Positions 57,500-64,000 of a stretch of 64,000 nucleotides of DNA are shown in pieces. How positions within the stretch are numbered: position 1 is the first letter of the stretch; every line of letters starts with the position of its first letter. A program made the translations under genes and the position numbers. The notes under the pieces were generated by a model. It searched no databases. It worked only from the letters and a program-made list of their open reading frames with translations, and was not told where the DNA came from. Source of the stretch: Phyllobates terribilis (taxonomy: Eukaryota); contig NW_027362767.1 of NCBI RefSeq assembly GCF_046119375.1, positions 434,248,001 to 434,312,000 of the forward strand. The letters run 5' to 3'.

Positions 57500-60390
57500 A
57501 GCTCTTGTTTACTGTTGTGCAAATGGAACAGACAACTGGTAGAAATGACAGTCAATTAGCAAGATACCCCCTATAAAGGAGTGGTTCTGGAGGTGGGGAC
57601 CACAGACTATTTCTCTGTTTTCATTCTTTTTGGTTGTTTTGGTGACTTTTGCATTTTGTCATTGCTCTCACCCCTAGAGGTATAGTAGCATGAGGCGGTG
57701 TCTACAGTACAACCCACAGAAGTTGCTCAGGTAGTGCAGCTCCTCCAGGATAGCTTATCAATGCGAGCTGTGGATAGAAGGGTAGCTGTGTCTGTCAGCA
57801 CAGTGTCCAGAGCATGGAGCAGATACCAGGAGACAGGCCAGTACACTAGGAAATATGGAGGGGCTGTAGAACGGCAACAACCCAACAGCAGGACCGCTAC
57901 CTCCTCCTTTGTGCAGGGAGGAGCAGCGCCAGAGCCCTGCAAAATGACCTCCAACAGGCCACCACCATCCATGTGTCCACTCAAACTGTCAGAAACAGAC
58001 TCCATGAGAGTGGTTTGAGGGCACAATGGCCACAAGTGGGTGTTGTGCTTACTGCCCAACATGTGCAGGGCAATTGGCATTTGCCAGAGAACACCAAGAT
58101 TGGCAGATTCAACATTGGCGCCCTGTACTCTTCACAGATGAGAGCAGGTTCACACTGAGCACATGTGACAGACGTGACAGAGTCTGGAGACGCCGTGGAG
58201 AGCGATCTGCTGCCTGCAACATCCTTCAGCATGACCGGTTTGGCAGTGGGTCAGTAATGGTGTGGGAAGGCATTTCTTTGGAGGGCCGCACAGCCCTCCA
58301 TGTGCTCGCCAGAGGTAGCCTGACTGCCATTACTTACCGGGATGAGATCCTCAGACCCCTTGTGAGACCATATGCTGGTGCGGTTGGCCCTGGGTTCCTC
58401 CTAATGCAGGACAATGCCAGACCTCATGTGGCTGGAGTGTGTCAGCAGTTCCTGCAAGATGAAGGCATTGAAGCTATGGACTGGCCTGCCCGTTCCCCAG
58501 ACCTGAATCCGATTGAGCACATCTGGGACATCATGTCTCGCTCCATCCACCAACGTCACATTGCACCACAGACTGTCCAGGAGTTGGCGGATGCTTTAGT
58601 CCAGGTCTGGGAGGAGATCCCACAGGAGACCATCCACAACCTCATCGGGAGCATGCCCAGGCGTTGTAGGGAGGTCATACAGGCACGTGGAGGCCACACA
58701 CAATACTCAGCCTCATCAGGAGCATGCCCAGGCGTTGTAGGGAGGTCATACAGGCACGTGGAGGCCACACACAATACTCAGCCTCATCAGGAGCATGCCC
58801 AGGCGTTGTAGGGAGCTCATACAGGCACGTGGAGGCCACACACAATACTCAACCTCATCAGGAGCATGCCCAGGCGTTGTAGGGAGGTCATACAGGCACG
58901 TGGAGGCCACACACAATACTGAGCCTCATCAGGAGCATGCCCAGGCGTTGTAGGGAGGTCATACAGGCACGTGGAGGCCACACACAATACTCAGCCTCAT
59001 CAGGAGCATGCCCAGGCGTTGTAGGGAGCTCATACAGGCACGTGGAGGCCACACACAATACTCAACCTCATCAGGAGCATGCCCAGGCGTTGTAGGGAGG
59101 TCATACAGGCACGTGGAGGCCACACACAATACTCAGCCTCATCAGGAGCATGCCCAGGCGTTGTAGGGAGGTCATACAGGCACGTGGAGGCCACACACAA
59201 TACTCAACCTCATCAGGAGCATGCCCAGGCGTTGTAGGGAGGTCATACAGGCACGTGGAGGCCACACACAATACTCAGCCTCATCAGGAGCATGCCCAGG
59301 CGTTGTAGGGAGGTCATACAGGCACGTGGAGGCCACACACAATACTCAGCCTCATCAGGAGCATGCCCAGGCGTTGTAGGGAGGTCATACAGGCACGTGG
59401 AGGCCACACACAATACTCAACCTCATCAGGAGCATGCCCAGGCGTTGTAGGGAGGTCATACAGGAATGTGGAGGCCACACACAATACTCAGCCTCATCAG
59501 GAGCATGCCCAGGCGTTGTAGGGAGGTCATACAGGCACGTGGAGGCCACACACAATACTCAGCCTCATCAGGAGCATGCCCAGGCGTTGTAGGGAGGTCA
59601 TACAGGCACGTGGAGGCCACACACAATACTCAGCCTCATCAGGAGCATGCCCAGGCGTTGTAGGGAGGTCATACAGGCACGTGGAGGCCACACACAATAC
59701 TCAGCCTCATCAGGAGCATGCTCAGGCGTTGTAGGGAGGTCATACAGGCACGTGGAGGCCACACACAATACTCAGCCTCATCAGGAGCATGCCCAGGCGT
59801 TGTAGGGAGGTCATACAGGCACGTGGAGGCCACACACAATACTCAGCCTCATCAGGAGCATGCCCAGGCATTGTAGGGAGGTCATACAGGCACGTGGAGG
59901 CCACACACAATACTGAGCCTCATCAGGAGCATGCCCAGGTGTTGTAGGGAGGTCATACAGGCACGTGGAGGCCACACACAATACTCAGCCTCATCAGGAG
60001 CATGCCCAGGCGTTGTAGGGAGGTCATACAGGCACGTGGAGGCCACACACAATACTCAGCCTCATCAGGAGCATGCCCAGGCATTGTAGGGAGGTCATAC
60101 AGGCACGTGGAGGTCACACACAATACTCAGCCTCATTTCCTTGTCTTGAGGCATTTCCACTGAAGTTGGATCAGCCTGTAATTTGATTTTACACTTTGAT
60201 TTTGAATATCATAACAAATCCAGACCTCCATGGGATATTAATTTTGATTTACTGTACATTGATCATTTTTATGTTTTATTGTTCTCAACGCATTCCACAA
60301 TGTAATGAATAAAGATTTGTAACTGGAATATTTCATTCATTTATATCTAGGATGTGGTATTTTAGTGTTCCCTTTGTTTTTTTGAGCAGT
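57500..60390 (+). mobile_element. Tc1 DD34E transposon with frameshifted transposase (about 57690-58711) and tandemly amplified 3' end
   Basis: [28 protein letters not shown] (34 residues between D and E). Right TIR TAGTGTTCCCTTTGTTTTTTTGAGCAGT ends at 60390. Left end degraded, so the start coordinate is approximate. Confidence 0.88.
58640..60136 (+). repeat. 71-bp tandem repeat, 21 copies, derived from the Tc1 transposase 3' end
   Basis: CCTCAT recurs at 58640, 58711, 58782 and onward to 60131 (1491/71 = 21). Confidence 0.95.
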
Positions 60391-63199
60391 TTTTTTTTAT
60401 GACAAATGTGATGCTGAGGACATGTCTCCTATACAAGTACAACTAGTTCTTCATACATTTTTTATGTCATTGCTTTGCTGTATTTTTTAACAAAGTAATC
60501 CCATTATTTTGTGAGATTAAAAACTTTTCTTTAGGGCTCGCTCACACTGGCGTATAGCACCGAGTGCCATGTGATGTTATATTATATACAGCTCAATGTT
60601 ATACTATGGGGCAGTGCAGAAATACAATTATTATTTTCTCATTCCAATTCAGCATGAGAAAACAATCGCAGCAAGCTACATATGGCTCCAATATTCGGAT
60701 CACGCGCACACACAAGTCTATGGGTGCTTGTGAAACATCGAACATCGATACTCAGTATACCCCTAAATTATAAGTTTGTGAAAAAAAAGTCAAATTAAAT
60801 TTCTGCACCTATTTTCTATGTGAAATAACATGAAAATACTCAATATATGCAGTTTAGGAAGTATAATTTTAGAAATGGGGTCAGTTTGGGTGGTTTCCTT
60901 ATGATCAGGCACCTCTGATCCTTAGCCGGTAACTTACAAGCAATAATTCACAGGAGTGTATTATTGCAGCAGTGGGACCTAAAAAAAAAGAATCAAGAAA
61001 AAAAAAGTCGATATAATAATTTTTTTTTGCACCAAAAATCCACTTATAGTGCAAAAAAATAGTACAATTATAAAAATGTATAGCGTACTGTACATTTTTG
61101 GTATTGCGCCCATCATTAAGACCTGTTTGGTACAGTAAAATTATAGTTAAGTTGCACGGTGAATTGAAGTAGAAGAAAAAAGTCAGTAAAACTACTTTTT
61201 TCCCGTTAGGCCCATCAAAGAAAAAAAAACATTTGTAAAAAGTAATTAATCAGTTTACGATATCCAAAGTCAGGTTTCATATGTTGGAAACTGTGATTTG
61301 TTTTTCTTTTCTTTTTTTTTTTTTCCCCATGGATCTCAGAAAATTGCTGCATAAAGCGTGCTGGGGTCTGCTGAGCCAAACTACTTGATTGAAAAATATA
61401 ACTCATCTTACAAAAATAGTGCCCAATCTGAAAATGCAGTAATGAAACATTCCTGTTCTCAAGGGATTAAGGCTCATTTGTGTATCTGATAAAGTATTAA
61501 TTCCTGTATTTCCGTGAGATTGTATTGATATTTCCCCAATGTAAAGCTAGCCATGTACATTAAATAGCTGACAACCTAATGATATCTATCTCTCCCGACT
61601 CCCCCCCGTACACAGGATTACACATCACAGCCGGGGGCTTCCTTGTATTCTCTATCTGAGCGACTCTGCCAAACCAAGGGATCAGCTGTTGAAATCCAGC
61701 AGGCCGGATCCTGCATTCATCCAATGTTACCTATTGAGGGAAAGTCGGGAGACCCCCATACACATTAGACGGTCGGCAGATTTGACCAATTTTTATATAA
61801 TGTGTATTAAAACCTTAAGTCAGACTCATTTATCACCCGATCACTTATCTGATTGTTCACTTGTTCTTAAATGTATACTATATTCCTGCAGTTAGAGGAA
61901 CGATTTCCTGCTATATAACAATGTTTTAAGCTCTTATTAACCTCTTCAGTACAGGGTAGGGTTCAGGACATGTTTGGGGGCAGTTATTGACGCACTTACC
62001 TGGTGTTCTGTGTAGTCTCATCTCTGATGATTTCCATTTATCTCAGCCTGTTGTCTTCTGCTTAGTCAAGTGAGTTAGGCTGGGTTCACACTGGCTGGCT
62101 TTGTGGCATTAAGTGACCGCCGATCGCTTACATGTTTGCCGATCGCCTACATGTTTGCCGATCGGCGGTCATTTAATAGCCTGTTTAGAAAAATTGACCG
62201 CACTTCCCTGTGCACAGAATAATCACTAATTTGGATTGTTCCATTCACATAGAAGATCATTGCTGGCAGCACATCCTGTTTACACGGGACGATGTGCCGC
62301 TGCAAACTATGATTTTTAAGCAACTACAAACATAATTTCACCTGATGAACGAGCATTTTATCCGTTCACTGAGTGATTGGCAGCCTGTTTACAACGCCCA
62401 GTTATCAGAAAACGAGCATTAATAGGAACACTCGTTCATGATAATCTTGTCTAAATGCACCCTAATTAGTTTTAGAAATAATACACTATGTGGGAGAGAT
62501 GGAGACTAAATTGTAAGCTCCTGGGGACAGAGTGGTGTTTTGTGTGAGCAGGGCAGAAACAATGTGTATATTATAAGCAGAAACATATGTAGTTGTCTTA
62601 TGGGACTTTGCAGACTTAGTGACTACTGTATGTTTGGATGTCTGTGACTTTTACCCTTTCTCTAGAGATTGGGGCCCCATGTTGGCTTACTGGATCTCAG
62701 CAGAGCTGGTGGATTTAGGAATCTGCGTTCTTTAGTGGGGGAATGCTACGTAAAAGATTATATTAAAAATTCCTGGATTATGAGTTGAGTACTCTGACAT
62801 TTACACGGCTAAAGATGAAAGTGAATATTTATTTGCAGCATGCGAAGCTGGATCCCCCGTTGCCATCCTGGCACAAAGTCTAGGTCCTGGCCTGTATGTT
62901 GTGGTGGATTCTCTACTTTGCAGGTTTCAAATGAAAGCTGCTGTCTTGCAACATCTCCCAGACGTGCATCCCGATACAGACTGGAGTTTCTGTCGAGTGC
63001 AAGTTCTTATACTCAGCAGGGTTTCTATGAACCTGTCAATATGTATTTCGGTCGTGTGCCTCTGTTTCATTGTTATCTTGACTGCTTCAATTCACTGCTA
63101 ATCGGTCTTCAGCTCTCCAATCTATCCTGAATGTAGTACTGGTTGTCCCTCTGTTATAGAAAACAGTATCAACTTTTAATTATCACTCACACAGATCTC

Positions 63200-64000
63200 C
63201 ACAATGCTGCAACACCTTACACCTCCTCCCTCATCTCTACCGCCCTACCAATACTCTCCATATTGCTGCACCACCCTACATCTCCTCCCTCATCTCATCC
63301 ACCCTACCAATACTCTCCACAGTGCTGCACTGCCCCACATCTCCTCCGTCATCTCTAAAACCCTACCAATACTCTTCACAGTGCTGGACCACCTTACATC
63401 TCCTCCTCACCTCTACCACCCTGCCAATACTCTCCATGGTGCTGCCCTGCCCCACATCTCCTCCCTCATCTCTTCCACCCTACCAATACTCTCAAGAGTG
63501 CTGCACTGCCCCGCATCTCCCTCATCTCTACCCATCCATCCCTCAGTGCTGCACTACCTTACATCCCCTCCCTCATGTGTCTACAGCTCTACCCCAGTTC
63601 TCCTTAGTGCTGCTCCACCCCATATCTCATCCTCATCTCTACCGCCCTAATACTCTCCACAGTAGTGCACAGCCTTATATCTCCGCCCTCATGTCTACCG
63701 CCCTACAATACTCTCCACAGTGCCGCACGGCCCTACATCTCCTCCCTCATCTCTAACGCCCTACCAGTCCTCTCTACAGTGCTGCACATCCCTACATCTC
63801 CCCCCTCATCTCTACTGCCCTACCTGTCATCTCCACAGTGCTACACAGCCCTACATCTCCCCTCTCATCTCTACCGCCCTACCCGTACTCTCCATAGTGC
63901 TGCACCGCCCTACATCTCCCCCCTCATCTCTACTGCCCTACCTGTCATCTCCACAGTGCTGCACATCCCTACATCTCCCCCCTCATCTCTACTGCCCTAC
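63200..64000. repeat. About 59-bp C-rich tandem repeat running off the window end
   Basis: Units at 63781, 63840, 63899 and 63958, more diverged to the left. Confidence 0.85.

Noticed and set aside
56760-61470. AT-rich segments ending AAGGGTTAA (about 57044) and AAGGGATTAA (about 61470), suggestive of piggyBac-like termini
   Set aside because: Matching opposite termini could not be identified, so boundaries are unsupported.
62075-62465. Possible Harbinger-like MITE
   Set aside because: Only 9 of 14 TIR positions match and the flanks differ (TTA vs TAA).
62931-63101. 56-aa ORF with a hydrophobic C-terminus after an acceptor-like TTTGCAG
   Set aside because: No homology recognised, and the start overlaps the AATGAAAGCTG core of a dispersed repeat.

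Overview
Vertebrate genomic DNA, most likely an anuran frog (inferred from a Frog Prince-like Tc1 element and very dense minisatellites). I traced four spliced protein-coding genes by hand using GT-AG boundaries and reading-frame continuity: RTN2 (minus strand, 8 exons seen, 3' end runs off the window start), a divergent SLC3-family heavy-chain-like gene (plus strand, 8 exons, about 353 aa, 21167-25176), VASP (plus strand, 12 exons) and OPA3 (minus strand, 2 exons). The RTN2-[X]-VASP-OPA3 order matches human 19q13.32, but the slot that holds PPM1N in human holds the SLC3-like gene here. It keeps a 4F2hc-like exon-phase pattern and GH13-fold motifs but lacks the juxtamembrane cysteine that bonds to light chains. 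It is the main candidate for an undescribed or poorly described system: a third SLC3 paralogue. Roughly 45% of the window (rough hand sum) is tandem repeat. There are four Tc1/mariner relics, two non-autonomous hAT elements carrying minisatellites, and several MITEs. One Tc1 has amplified its own transposase 3' end into a 21-copy array. All long ORFs in the supplied track that lie in tandem repeats are artefacts. Homology calls come from recalled protein sequences, not database searches.
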